Of a DNA stretch of 64,000 nucleotides, positions 36,431 through 48,675 are shown piece by piece. The DNA comes from Squalus acanthias (lineage: Eukaryota): the NCBI GenBank assembly GCA_030390025.1, contig CM059436.1, forward strand, positions 79,176,001-79,240,000, written 5' to 3'. The translations under genes and the position numbers were made by a program. The notes beneath the pieces are model-generated. The model saw only the letters and a list, made by a program, of their open reading frames with translations, was not told where the DNA came from and made no database searches. Numbering within the stretch: position 1 is the stretch's first letter; the number at the start of each line of letters is the position of its first letter.

Positions 36431-37231
36431 ATGGGATTTAAAGCTGAGATGCAATTCTTCATTCATAGTCTGATATTGTGGGACCATTACTCCATTCGCT
36501 GCTGCATTGATTAGCTCCCTTTCTATTTTAGTGTTATCCACAGACAATTTTAAAATGTTTTTCATGTGCTATTTATCTTTGGGTGGGGCATCAGTGAGAA
36601 TGACTGCAGAACCTTTCAGGAGTTTAAACGGGTTGGGTAGAGTTTGTACATGTTCCGTGGAAGTAACAGGCCTGATGAGTCGCCATCATCTTCTCACTCT
36701 ACTCTTTTATTATAAAGAATTCAGTGCTCGTTCCACAGCCACTCAGTGTTTGCTTTGCCTTCATGAAGCACGGATAATGTAGCAATGAGAGTATTTGATG
36801 TTATGAGGCATGTGGCAATGGCTGGGGCATTCCAGAATGACGAATGTGTGTGGTGTGGGATGGGTGCAGTGCCTCAACAGCCTTGACATGCAACATCATT
36901 CCACTGTTCCTCGCACCATTCCACTCTTCTGCCCCATCGTTCCGCCCACCGCCCTGCGCACCACTCCATACCAAGATTGTTGACGTTTTTCCCCTCATAG
37001 CCTTGAACATGTTGTTGCTTTGCAGTTCACTAACCATCACTTGCAAAACTTTCTGTTTGAATCCCTCCAATCTGGCTTCTGACCATCTCATAGCACCAAG
37101 ACTGCCCTGGCCAAAGCCATGAATGACATGCTTTGTGACTGTGATTCTGGTACATTATCCCTTCTTTATCCCCTCAACCTCACTCCAGCATTTGACCAGC
37201 CGCACCATCCTCCTCAATCACCTCTCTGTCT

Positions 37232-37352
37232 AGAATTATAGAATGATATAGCACAGAAGGAGGCCATTTGGCCCATTGTGCCTGTGCCAACTCTTTGAAA
37301 GAGCTATCCAATTAGTTCCACTCTCCTGCCGTTTTCCCGTAGCTCTGCAAAT
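37232..37352 (-). mobile_element. CR1 3' tail fragment
   Basis: ATAGAATGATATAGCACAGAAGGAGGCCATTTGGCCC, as at 46806; reverse of 40750-40827. Confidence 0.75.
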
Positions 37353-37644
37353 CTGTAGTCTTAGCGTCTGACAATCAGCAGCCTTCCACCAGCCTTGCTG
37401 CAGCCACTGGGGCCCCATTACAGAGGAGCAGTAGGGTGGGAAGGGGGGGGAAGTGCGCAGCGGATGGAGATCACCCTCGAAGAGCAAACAGTAGGAGGTC
37501 TAAATAAATGTTGGGAATGTTTGTAGTAAAGATTGAGGTTCGTCTGATTACATTTGTTTACTGTTTTGGTGTTTTTCTCCGGCTTGTGAGAACCAGTTCT
37601 GTAAATTCATGATTTGTTGTGTTTGTTTCTAATTGTTTGTCCTG

Positions 37645-37691
37645 AATAAATGACACACACAGAGTTTGTGAAATAAAAAAGTTGTTTTATT
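37645..37691. terminator. Convergent polyadenylation signals between the two Harbinger genes
   Basis: AATAAA on + at 37645 and 37672; AATAAA on - at 37686-37691. Confidence 0.55.
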
Positions 37692-37806
37692 CAAAATTTA
37701 CATTTTTGGCCTTTGGAATCATTGCAGCTTTGGCCGGCTATAGGGGTTGCGGGTTGTTTTCCATGATGTTGTTCTCCATGCCAGAAGCCATCTTCTGAGT
37801 AGGGGC

Positions 37807-38922
37807 CTAGAAGCGGCTTGTTATCAGGCGTTGACGGACAGCCCTTGCAGTGGCAACATTGTGGGCCTCCCTCCCACGTTGGTGCTGCTCCTCATCATCC
37901 TCCTCCTCCTCCTCCTCCCTCTCCTCCTCCTCCTCAGGTGGTGCATCAATCTCTGGTGGCATTGGCTGGGTCCTCAGGATTGCCAGGTTGTGAAGCATGC
38001 AGCACCCAACTATGAAGAGGGAGACTCGCTCAGGCGAGTACTGCAGGGCTCCTCCTGAGTGGTCCAGACAGCGGAACCGTTGCTTCAGCACGCCGATCAT
38101 CTGCTCAATTATGTTCCTGGTGACGATATGCCTCTCATTGTACCGCAGCTCTGCAGGGGTGTTGGGGTTACGGAGCGGTGTCATCAGTCAGGTACAGAGT
38201 GGATAACCCTTGTCCCCGAGGAGCCAACCACTTGGATGATGCGGTGCCTGGAAAAGGTCTGGCACACCAGTCTGGCGCAGGATGAAAGCATTGTGGCTGC
38301 TGCCAGGATAGCGGGCATTGACGGTGAGTATGAGCACAGACCAACTGCACATTTAAGGAGTGGTAGCCCTTTGGTTTCGGAAAACCTCTGCATTTTCATG
38401 TGGTGCCCGCAATGCCACATGCGTGCAGTCAATGGTGCCCTGCACCATGGGGAAGCCCGTTATCCTAGCAAAGCCACATGCACATTCATGCTGTTTGGCT
38501 TGGGTCATGGGGAAAGAGATGTACTGGCGTCTCCTTTTATACAGGGCATTTGTCACCTCAGCAATGGACAGCGAACTGGGAGATATTGGCGATATCCCCA
38601 GTAGATGCTTGAAAGGATCTGTCACCTTCACTGCCACCGACAGAGACGTCCTGGTCCTCAGTTGAGGCTGCAGATCTGGTTGCAGCAGGCGGCAGAGCTC
38701 AGTGACCACCTCCTTGCTGAAGCGCAGCCTGTGCAAACACTGCTCCTCAGACAAATGAATGTAGGAGAATTGCTCCTGGAATACTCTGGGAGGGTAAGGT
38801 CTCCTGTGCAGAGGCCTGTTGGCCCTCCTCCCTCTGGCCATGTTTGCCACTCTCTCTCTGCGTCTCTGATGCCTCCGATTCTGCAGGTGCAGGACGATGC
38901 CCCGATTCAGTGCAGCCCCCAA
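37807..38922 (-). pseudogene. Harbinger (HARBI1-like, DDE_Tnp_4-type) transposase, frameshifted
   Basis: LRFSKEVVTELC, GFPMVQGTIDCTHV (D1), GWLLGDKGYP (D2, near 38200-38230), RNIIEQMIGVLKQRFRCLD (E), CCMLHNLA. Split over several frames; start codon is TTG. Confidence 0.93.
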
Positions 38923-39339
38923 AGTCTCTTCTAAATCGATGCAAGGAAGGTCAAATCAAAAAGAACCTGCAATGTGCTGCTCAGTATCCAAAACTCCTTC
39001 ACACAGCGTTGAATCTCTCCAGAAGTCTCTCTCTATCTCTCAGAATCTCTCTCTCTCTCTCAGAATGCATGGTGCAAAAATGTCGCCGACAAAAAAAAGC
39101 CAGGAAGAGGCCGCCTTTAAATAGTGCTCCCCCAGCCCCTTCCCGACTGCAAAACATTCCCCTCTACCTGTCTTTGCTAGCGGCAGGCGGAAAGGCAGGG
39201 GGCGCCACTCAATATCCGGTCCGGAGCGCTTGGGGGCATTGCACGCTCGACTGACGTCACGATCTGCGGGCGCTAATCAACCAAATTTTTCCCCCCATGT
39301 GTCTTCCCCGTTGTCCCCCCGCCCATCCTCAGCCCTCCC

Positions 39340-39580
39340 TCTGTCTCAACATTGGTGATAGAGCCTTCAGCCACCTCAGCCCTACTCTCTGGAACTCCCT
39401 TCCTAAACCCTGCCTCCTCTCCTTTCCTCTCTCTTAAAAACCGCAAAACCCATCATTTTGACCAAGCTGTTGGCCATTCTCTGCTAATCCCTCCCACCAC
39501 GACTCGATGTCCATTCCCGTTAGCTAGTTCTATTTGTGAAGAGCTTGTGATTTTTTTTCACATTATATAAATGCAAGTTG
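39340..39580 (+). mobile_element. Old L2 3' tail
   Basis: CTCTGGAACTCCCTTCCTAAACC...TTTGACCAAGCTGTTGG...ATATAAATGCAAGTTG. Confidence 0.7.
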
Positions 39581-39606
39581 CTAGACAGACACTGGTAATG
39601 ACTTAC

Positions 39607-39687
39607 CGTCATAGGTTTCGAAAGCTGTGAGCAGTCCCCTCTGGACTCAGTTTGCTGGGTCAGAGCATTCTGATCTAGCTTGAGGAA
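39607..39687 (-). CDS. Candidate 81-nt internal exon of an unidentified host gene (FLKLDQNALTQQTESRGDCSQLSKPMT)
   Basis: Acceptor TTTTGTTGTTTGTTTGTGGTTTGGTTGGTTTGGGCTTTTTGACAG and donor ACG|GTAAGT. Length is divisible by 3 and only the phase-0 frame is stop-free. Non-repetitive sequence. Confidence 0.5.
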
Positions 39688-40619
39688 CTGTCAAAAAGCC
39701 CAAACCAACCAAACCACAAACAAACAACAAAATCACGCACTTCAGGATGTGAGAGGGAGAGGAAAGCCTTTCATTGCACTGTTCTTTGTCATTTTATGTC
39801 TATTTATAAAATGATTGCAATACGCAGAGCCCAGTTATGTCCCAGCAACGTGCTGCAGACTAAGTTCAAAAAATCCTGCAAAGCTAACATCACGAGTCTC
39901 ATCTTTGGGTGAAGGAGTTATCTGCCAAATGTATGGAGAATGCTCACCATTGATATGCGCCAAGATGGCTACTGGCCAAGTAAACCTTCTTCCATGGACT
40001 TGATTTCCAATGTTCAGAGCACTGCTGTACAAACTGTAAGTGGAAAGCTCATAATCTTACCTTCATTACAACAGTGACTACACTTCAAAAGTACTTCATT
40101 GGCTGTAAAGTGCTTTGGGACGTCCTGAGGTTGTGAAAGGCGCTACATAAATGCAAGTCTCTTTTTTATTTTTTTATGATGACAACAACGTGCTCTAGTT
40201 TGGTTCTTGAAATGTACGCCATGATCTCAATGAGACAGTTTACTTGCAACCACTCCCATCTATTTCTCTTCGATTATTTACATCTTTCCACATCAAGCAC
40301 TAGTTTTCATCCAATGTGGTGGGCAGGTAACCTCCTGCCAGGACCAGCAATGAGAACTTTTAAGAACATAGAAAGATGGATGGGCTGAACAAGGCTGTTA
40401 ATTTTTGATAGATCTCCACCTACCAGCCTCCATACTTTAATCCCGTCTCTCACCAGAAATATATCTAGTCGCTTTTTGAATCCTTTTCTCTTCCGTGCAT
40501 TTTTTTGTTAAAGATTTTTTTTAAAGAAAACACAGAATCAGAATTTTAACAACCTAAACCCATCTATACTGTCTGCCTAAATGATCTTCACTCATAACTT
40601 GTTTCACAAACATGTCACA

Positions 40620-40827
40620 AACATGGAAATACACTGCCTGAAAGGGCGGTGGAAGCAAATTCAATAGTAACTTTCAAAAGGGAATCGGATAAATACTTGA
40701 AAAGGAAAAATTTACAGGGTTATGGGGAAAGAGCGGAGTAGTGGGACTATCTGGATTTCAAAGAGCCGGCACAGGCACAATGGGCTGAATGGCCTCCTTC
40801 TGTGATGTAAGATTCTATGATTCTATG
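40620..40827 (+). mobile_element. CR1 3' end (ATTCTATG-tail subfamily)
   Basis: TGGAAATACACTGCCTGAAAGGGCGGTGG...GAATGGCCTCCTTCTGTG...(ATTCTATG)n. Confidence 0.85.
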
Positions 40828-43389
40828 TTATCATTTGAGTATGGTGGAAGTCAAGTGGGAGTTTTTAAACACAATGCTACCCTTGAAATGGCCACTAGGA
40901 GTTGCAAGAGGTGCCCCAGCATGGTCTACCCTCTGCTTTTTCTTCTCTCCCTGTGAGAAAAGCATCTACCTTTCAGCCGAGATCAAAAACCTGCTACATG
41001 GGCCTGACAATGCACTGCCGGGCACCACACTTTGGACCAGTTTTGCCTCAGCATTAATTAAAACATATTTCCTCTATGTTCAAGCATGGTCTCAAATCAG
41101 TAAAACTAGCGCAGATGCGGATCAATTACATTGAGATATAGATGTATCAGGGGGCGGGGGGAAATTTCCGCAGTGTTTCTTCTGGTCGTCCATCATAACT
41201 TCAGCGGAGCATCTGCGGAATCCCTGGAAAAACGCCATAAAGGATTCTTTTGCCGAAGTTACGACAGATGAATGGGAGAACCACCGCAGAATTCCACCCC
41301 CACAATTTTTAAGATGGTAGTAGTGATAATGTGGAAAATGCTGTTGCTTTGTACAAAAATTGATTGCACTCTGGGAAGTCAATCAGTAAGGGAAGCAGGT
41401 GACTTCTAATCCAGAAACTGCCCATCATTCAAACCCGCCTGTCACAGATGGGAATGACTTTTAGTATAAAGTTGCACTACTAGGTGGAGTATCTAAAAGC
41501 GACAGAGTGCTCCACTGGGTATGGGGTGCTGGGGAGGAGAGAGAGGATTTGGCCAGCTTCAGCTGTTGTAATAATCTCCTTTTAACTGAAGGGGCCTTGC
41601 TGTCAGATGTAAGAACATAAGAAAGGTCAAGGGTGACAAAAGGCCATTTGACCAATCAAAGGCCATTTCTCTAGTACAATAACTTTGGCAGGGTTGGAAA
41701 TTTAGGTCAATTTTGACATTTCATACAATGTGGCAGTTCACATAAAATGGCCACGCCTTAGAATTTATAAATTTGCCTCCAGGTAGCAGAAGTTTCACCA
41801 AAGTCAGAACGAGAGATTTTCGATATTTAAAAAGGCGACCAACTCATGACCTACTGCACTTCACAGCACCCTTCGTCAACTTAAAGATTCCCCATGGACT
41901 GATGGGTTCAAGTCAGGTCGAGTTTAAAACTCGTCAGACCAAAATGAAAAACTGTAACTCCCACTCCTGATCCTGCAGTCCAGAGTGTGGAATTTCACTT
42001 CTGCTCCTGTAGCCCATATGGTCATCTGTAACTCCAGATTTCTACAGGCCAAAATAGCAACTGATACTCTGGCCTCTCAAGTCCAAAGTGCCAACTGTAA
42101 CTCCTGCTTCCTGCAGCAGATGAACGTGGCAAGTAACCTCTGGTCCTGCCCTTACGGCCAAAGTCCCACCTTGCTCCAATGATCGCTTAGAGTGTCAGAA
42201 ACTGGCCATTGCTATGCTTCTTCTGCAATTACTTCGAGCCAAGAGACCAAAAGGAGGACAGACTCAACTTACTCAAGGGTGAACCCTTGGGTTGAGAACT
42301 CTTATTGAGTAACGGAATAGTTGACGTGAGCAGGAAGAGGAAAGCAGCAAATAACAGAAATTAATTAATGGAAGAAGGAAAAGAGGGTAACAGAAAATGG
42401 AAGTACCAGTGAGAGAGGACAGTGAATAAAATGATAAGAAGATGCAGGTTAAATGAATCAGAAAGAATCCATCAAGAAGGGGAAATGAAGTGAACAAGAA
42501 CCAGGGAGCATGCAGAAATATAAAAACAGCACAAAAGAATGCAGGGGACTGCAAAATAAAAACTGTGAAAAGGAGTTTAAATACCCAATGGACAGAATGA
42601 ACAATTGTTGGATAATAGCATTTTTTCCGACTGTAACTAAGTTGGTTTTGTTCAATTCAGTTTTGCTGTCATCACGTATTAATCTACCTTAGGTATTGCA
42701 GTTCCAATAAATGTCCTCAACAAGTGGAAAGAGATAAACAAAGAAAAGAAAGGAGAGAAGCCAGTAATACAAATGCGTTGCAGGAGATGTAATCTGAGAT
42801 TCAATTAATACAGTAAGTCAAAAGATCAGCGAGAACAGGAAATGTGAGAGCAGAACAGCAGGTTAGTTACCTGATTTCAAGGAATGCTTATCTCCTTTGA
42901 AAATGGCATATAATGTTTGCTTTGGTGCCTTGAGATAGACCAAGAAATTTGATTTGGAAAAAAAGGTATCAAGGGTTCTAAAAGCCTCAATTTCATTCTG
43001 TGCCTAGGGCAAAATAAGTCCATTAGTGGGCTTGATGTCTGCTCAGTACAGCTCAATGTGCCAAATCCTAATATATAAAGAACCACAGATTGAGCCAGGG
43101 ATACACAGATGGACAGAGAACCACAAATGTACAATGAAACAGAGAGAGAACCACAGATACACAGAGGGACAAAGCAGAAAGTCGATGAATTATTTGCTCC
43201 TGATATCAGTGCATCAAAAAAATACTAGACGGGCTGGGAATTTCCACAGAGCTGCTGCCACTCCGCCAATGTAATTTAACCGAAAGTGCGATAGAAAAGA
43301 AGTAGGTGACGTTGTGGCAGTGGAGCAGGAGCAGATCCGAGGAAAATCAGCAGCAATTTTTCATCAGGCTGGGTTGAATTGAAATTGCC

Positions 43390-43818
43390 CCTCACACACT
43401 TGCCCCACACACACCTTCCCCTCACACACCTGCGCTCACACACACCTTCCCCTCACACACCTGCGCTCACACACACCTTCCCCTCACACACCTGCCCCAC
43501 ACACACCTGCCCCTCACACACCTGCCCCACACACACCTTCCCCTCACACCTGTGCTCACACACACCTTCCCCTCACACACCTGCCCCACACACACCTTCC
43601 CCTCACACACCTGCCCCACACACACCTTCCCCTCACACACCTGCCCCACACACACCTTCCCCTCACACACCTGCCCCACACACACCTTCCCCTCACACAC
43701 CTTCCCCTCACACACCTTCCCCTCACACATCTGCCCCACACACACCTTCCCCTCACACACCTGCCCCACACACACCTTCCCCTCACACACCTTCCCCTCA
43801 CACACCTGCGCTCACACA
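43390..43818. repeat. Minisatellite of ~15-bp units
   Basis: Alternating CACACCTTCCCCTCA and CACACCTGCCCCACA. Confidence 0.95.
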
Positions 43819-46014
43819 TCTTTAAACTGAATTTGCAACCAATTTTTTCCCACTTCTACAGTGTTCCACAATTCTCTGATGTTTGCAGGAAGTGCCTGTG
43901 GAAAAAATAACATTCCCGAGATGATTGGACCTTTATCCATCTGGAGTTTAGTATGATGCCAATCACAGTAAATATGTTTTCTATACATTTACTACCCTGG
44001 CCTGTTGGTCACCATGCTTACTGGTTCTGTGACTGGCATGAACAGGGCCAAAGAGCGAAGGTCACCGGCAAAGCAAAACAAACCTCTTCAGTTCCTCTTA
44101 ACTGCGGTGACAGAAATCGAAATATCTTCTACATGAGTGACATGTGAAGCATTATTTCATTCCTGGCCGAGCTTCTTTAGATCTATTGAGTTATGGTACT
44201 GGTTCCAGTGGCCTCTTTTATTGCTTTAATTTTATGTTTGGAAAAGTTCCAGTTTGTTTGTATACACTTCATTGCATTTAGTGTCGCTGCAGCCAACTCA
44301 CTAGCATAGTTGCGTATATACTTAAAAAATTATAAGCTTACTTATTATTTGGTGAAAGTGTTTGAAAATTTGAAAATTCAGTAGTGTACTCAAAGGGTTA
44401 AAATGTCCCATGCGCAGGGAAATGTATCACTGACCAACTCGTTCCCCAGTTCCACTTGTTCTCTCTACTTATTCCTTAATTGTTTCTGTGACTCTAGAAT
44501 CAGCGTCACTTTTTGCAGAGGCTTTCATTATGTGAGTTTGTCTAGAAGTTATTTGCATATGGAGACAGGTGCTGAGACAGATTAGCACATTATCTTTTTT
44601 ACCTCTGGGACCACAATTTCAATTCAACCCCGCCTGCTGAAAGACAGCTCCAAATTGCTGTTGATTTTGCTGTACCATTTAAGACTGGGATAAGATTGAG
44701 ATTGAAATGCCTCGTCGGGGGGAAAAAGATGAGCTTTACTCTGCGCGGGCCTGGTACAGGTAATGTATTACATCTCAAGGAGCAGAACAAACCTACCAAA
44801 AGAAGCAATATTTCACAATTAAAAATTGCCAACCTGCACCCAAGTTCACTGCATTCAATATTAATGCAGTTGATATTGTGCACATTTATTATTGTACTTA
44901 AAATACCTTGGTACATATCATCCTCTGGGTGTAATCCTTAAGTAAATAGATAGTCATGTAAAGTAACGTTTTCAATTCTTTCATTTTGGGTCTGAATGTA
45001 AATATTTCTGCAGATCCGAGGTTTGCACTTCACGGCCCGGTACACTCGACTCTCGCAGCCCGAACATTCAGAAGGATGTTACACTGCCAAGTTCACCAGC
45101 AACGTCCCGAGAGCAGTAATTATGTAACTGCAGTCCTGCCGCTTGCTGACAACAGGGACACAAAGGCCCTGTAGACATCTTCAGCGGGCATGGACGTCAC
45201 CCATCTACACAAACAAGTGGCTCGCAGCAAAAATTAAATTCACAGCCAAAGAGGGTAGGGTATAATTATCTAGAATTAGCGTCAGAGGGAAAAAGTGCGC
45301 TACCGACATCTGAAAGCTTGCAGAGGCCTTTGTTCGGAAATCAGTGGAAACACACACAGACAGAATTATGTGGCTTTCTAAGTGCAAGTTTGTGATCGGT
45401 CAGCCGAGTGCATGACACACGCAGAAACACCCTCACCGTGTTTAAAGAGTCTCCAAGCTGATCCACAGAAAAATCCACACTGGTGGAATTTCTGTTAGCC
45501 AGAGATAGAGTGCACACTCTCTCACTTTACTTCAGAGAACTTGGGTGCAGGATGGCAATATCTAAGGCTTTTTTTGGGTGATAGATCTATGTTTCTGGGT
45601 CTCGTTAATAAGCCAGGCCATCTGGTCATTCTTCAACAGTGCCCTGGAGGGCAGTACACCTGCCTGGTTTACGTCTCAGAATACCAAGTCTGCCACAGAG
45701 GGCTGATTTGCTTTCAATTTCCCATCACTAGGCATGTCTCCTGTAAACTGGAGCACCTGAACACTCCCTTTTTCCTCTTTGTTTGCTAAAGGCAGTATTC
45801 TTCTTCATCATCATCATCATCAATATGCATTCAACAGCAGGTAAAAGTACTGTTTTGGGACACACTTCTTTGCAGTGTTTTCCCTTCAAAGATGTCTATG
45901 TACTGTACTTGGAAAGATAAACCAGTTGAAAGAAACCTGCACCAAGCTTCATGTTCGTTATTGGGGCAACAATAAGGTTAATGAAAAGTTAAAAGGCATG
46001 TGAGTGGGACATGT

Positions 46015-46300
46015 TTTTTTTATTCGTTCATGGGATGTGGGTGTCGCTGGCAAGGCCAGCATTTATTGCCCATCCCTAGTTGCCCTTGAGAAGGTGGTGG
46101 TGAGCCGCCTCCTTGAACCGCTGCAGTCCGTGTGGTGAAGGTACTCCCAAAATGCTGTTCGGGAGGGAGTTCCAGGATTTTGACCCGGCGACAGTGAAGG
46201 AACGGTGATATATTTCCAAGTCAGGATGGTGTGTGACTTGGAAGGGAACTTGGAGTAGGTGGTGTCCCATGTGCTTGCTGCCCTTGTCCTTTTAGGTGGC
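46015..46300 (-). mobile_element. CR1-clade (Zenon-like) 3' end
   Basis: Same terminus as 3255 and 14462. Confidence 0.88.
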
Positions 46301-46805
46301 ATGGTGTCCTAATCATGATTATGTTGGCAGTTCTACCTATGTTTGTGGTTCCGGTAGACATTAAAGATCCTGCGATATTGTTCAAAGAAGAGGGAGTTCT
46401 CACAGTATCCTGGCCAACATTCCTCCCTTAACAAATACCAGAAAATAAACAGAATAGCTGGTCATTCACCCATTATTGGTTGTGGGACCTTGCTGTGCAC
46501 AAAATGGCTGGTATGTTTGCCTACATAACAGTGATTGTGCTTCAAAGTGATTCAATATGAGTCTTTCTCTATTACAGCATTTAAAGAATCATTGAGTGAG
46601 GTGTGAAACTGCTCCCTGGCTCTTATTGTTCTCGACTGAATAAGGTACAAAGTATGCTGCGTGGCTTTTATTGAGCTGTTGTACAAGGGGGTAGAGCCTT
46701 CCATGCGTCTGGCCTTTTCAGCATAATCCGTACTGAAGTTGCTGGAATTTACACCCGTTACACTATTGTTCCTGTGCAAGTTTAGGAAATACGCAGACTG
46801 TATTT

Positions 46806-47565
46806 CATAGAATCATAGAAGTTTACGGCACAGAAGGAGGCCATTTGGCCCATTGTGTCTGAGCTGGCCGAAAAAGAGCTAACCAGCCTAATCCCACTTT
46901 CCAGCTCTTGGTCCGGAGCCCTGTAGGTTACGGCACTTCAAGTGCATATCCAAGTACTTCTTAAATGCGATGAGGGTTTCTGCCTCTACCACCCTTTCAG
47001 GCAGTGCGTTCCAGACCCCCACCACTCTCTGGGTGAAAAATGTTCCCCTCAACTCCCCTCTAATCCTTCTACCAATTACTTTAAATCTATACCCCCTGGT
47101 TATTGACCTCTCTGCTAAGGGAAATAGGTCCTACCTGTCCACTCTATCTAGGCCACTCATAATTTTATACACCTCAATTAAGTCTCCCTCAGCCTCCTCT
47201 GTTCCAAAGAAAACAACCCCAGCCTCTCCAATCTTTCCTCATAGCTAAAATTCTCCAGTCCTGGCAACATCCTTGTAAATCTCCTCTGTACCCTCTCTAG
47301 TGCAATCACATTTTTCCTGCAATGGGGTGACCAGAACTGTACACAGTACTCTAGCTGTGGCCTAACTAGTGTTTTATACAGTTCAAGCATAACCTCCCGG
47401 CTCTTGTATTCTATGCCTCGGGTAATAAAGGAAAGTATCCCGTATGTCTTCTTAACCACCTTATCTACCTGTCCTGCTACCTTCAAGGATCAGTGGACAT
47501 GCACTCCAAGGTCCCTCTGTTCCTCTACACTTCTCAGTATCCTACCATTTAATGTGTATTCCCTC
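46806..47565 (-). mobile_element. CR1 LINE fragment (RT C-terminus plus tail)
   Basis: ORF 47178-47486 LVRPQLEYCVQFWSPH...ERVQRRFTRMLPG; tail (TTCTATGA)n. Confidence 0.93.
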
Positions 47566-47679
47566 AAAATATTTGTTGTTTGATTATAATGAAACCAATA
47601 CAAATTCCTCTCACCTGAACTCTAACCTTGCAGTTGAAATGTAAAGGGACTTCAAAAGCTGAAGAGATACCAAGAAAAA

Positions 47680-47830
47680 ACTACAAATGCTGGAAATCTA
47701 ATAAAAACAGAAAATGCTGGAAATTTATGGTAGATCTTTTAGCATTTGAAAAAAAAAAGAGGACAGGTTAACGTCCTGGGTAGCAACCCTTTATTAGAAT
47801 TATCGGAATTTTCTGTTTTTATTTCAGAAA
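47680..47830. mobile_element. Degenerate Penelope-type repeat with inverted tails
   Basis: ATAAAAACAGAAAAT (47701) versus ATTTTCTGTTTTTAT (47808); decayed hammerhead on the minus strand (CTAATAAAGGGT...ACGTTAAC). Confidence 0.5.
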
Positions 47831-48384
47831 CTGAAGTTAAGCAGTTCACTTGTATAAACTTGAATTTAATGACCCTTTACACCGGAAGCTGGCCGGATAT
47901 TGAATCCGCTCACACTGGTGTTGTTTATATCACGGGTGGATTCAACGACAATAGGGAAATTGCACTTGTCAGAGTTGTACATGCACATTTGTGACTTTGA
48001 TAATCTTGATGGAATGTTCCCCGACAGTCTGTAAAGGCCAACAATGGTGAAAGCACTTTCTGAAAACAGTGGGCTGAAAGGTTAGCCCTAAGATGATGGA
48101 CCCAACAGCAAGTGGCGCCAGCAGAAAGTATTTAGCTTTGCCTCCGTCAACATTTTTAATCAGCGGCATCCAGTAAAAACCCCCACTCAAGAAGTGCCAA
48201 CTCCTTTATGTTCCGAGCTTTACTTCTGATGGTGTTCTTGACTTTGGAGGCAACCACTTAGAAGAAGGGAGCATATAGACTTTGTGAGTTGCATGTACTG
48301 TACTGATGTATAGTTACAGTATTGCAACAAGTTATTAACTTAAATTCAGGTTTATCCCTATAAGTCTATATACACATCTGAGAT

Positions 48385-48493
48385 TGCGGGAAAGTGGAGT
48401 TGAGGTCGATGGTCAGCCATGATCTTATTGAATGGCGGAGCAGGCTCGAAGGGCCGTATGGCCTACTCCTGCTCCTATTTCTTATGTTCTTAT
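48385..48493 (+). mobile_element. CR1 3'UTR fragment
   Basis: Closely matches 378-482. Confidence 0.85.
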
Positions 48494-48675
48494 TGTGGAA
48501 GAATGTGATTCGATATCTTTAAAAACTTTATAAGCTCCACCCCATTTGGTTTTGCACTTGACATACAGTAATAATTATAGGTATACGAAATGGTAACCAC
48601 GGTAAATTAAAACATTACAATCTATTCATACTGGACATAAAAATCTGGAGGTCACGGCTGAATGTTGGCTTTGTG

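Larger units (their letters stand above)
37353..39296. mobile_element. Truncated autonomous-type PIF/Harbinger element
   Basis: Plus-strand C-terminal tail QPSTSLAAATGAPLQRSSRVG...SK* (stop 37505-37507), convergent poly(A) signals, minus-strand transposase and right TIR AATTTTTCCCCCC. Left TIR missing. Confidence 0.85.

Noticed and set aside
37807..38922. Domesticated HARBI1 gene
   Set aside because: Frameshifted, lacks ATG, and is embedded in a TIR-bearing element with MITE relatives.
43379..43830. HTPSPHTPAP and CEGKVCVGQV repeat ORFs
   Set aside because: Artefacts of a 15-bp minisatellite.
45014..45115. CpG-rich possible plus-strand exon
   Set aside because: Weak donor (GCA|GTAATT), no recognisable product, and opposite strand to the better exon candidate.
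47890..47960. Kelch-like peptide VYITGGFND
   Set aside because: Single short motif without other Kelch landmarks or a good donor; the upstream acceptor comes from a repeat.
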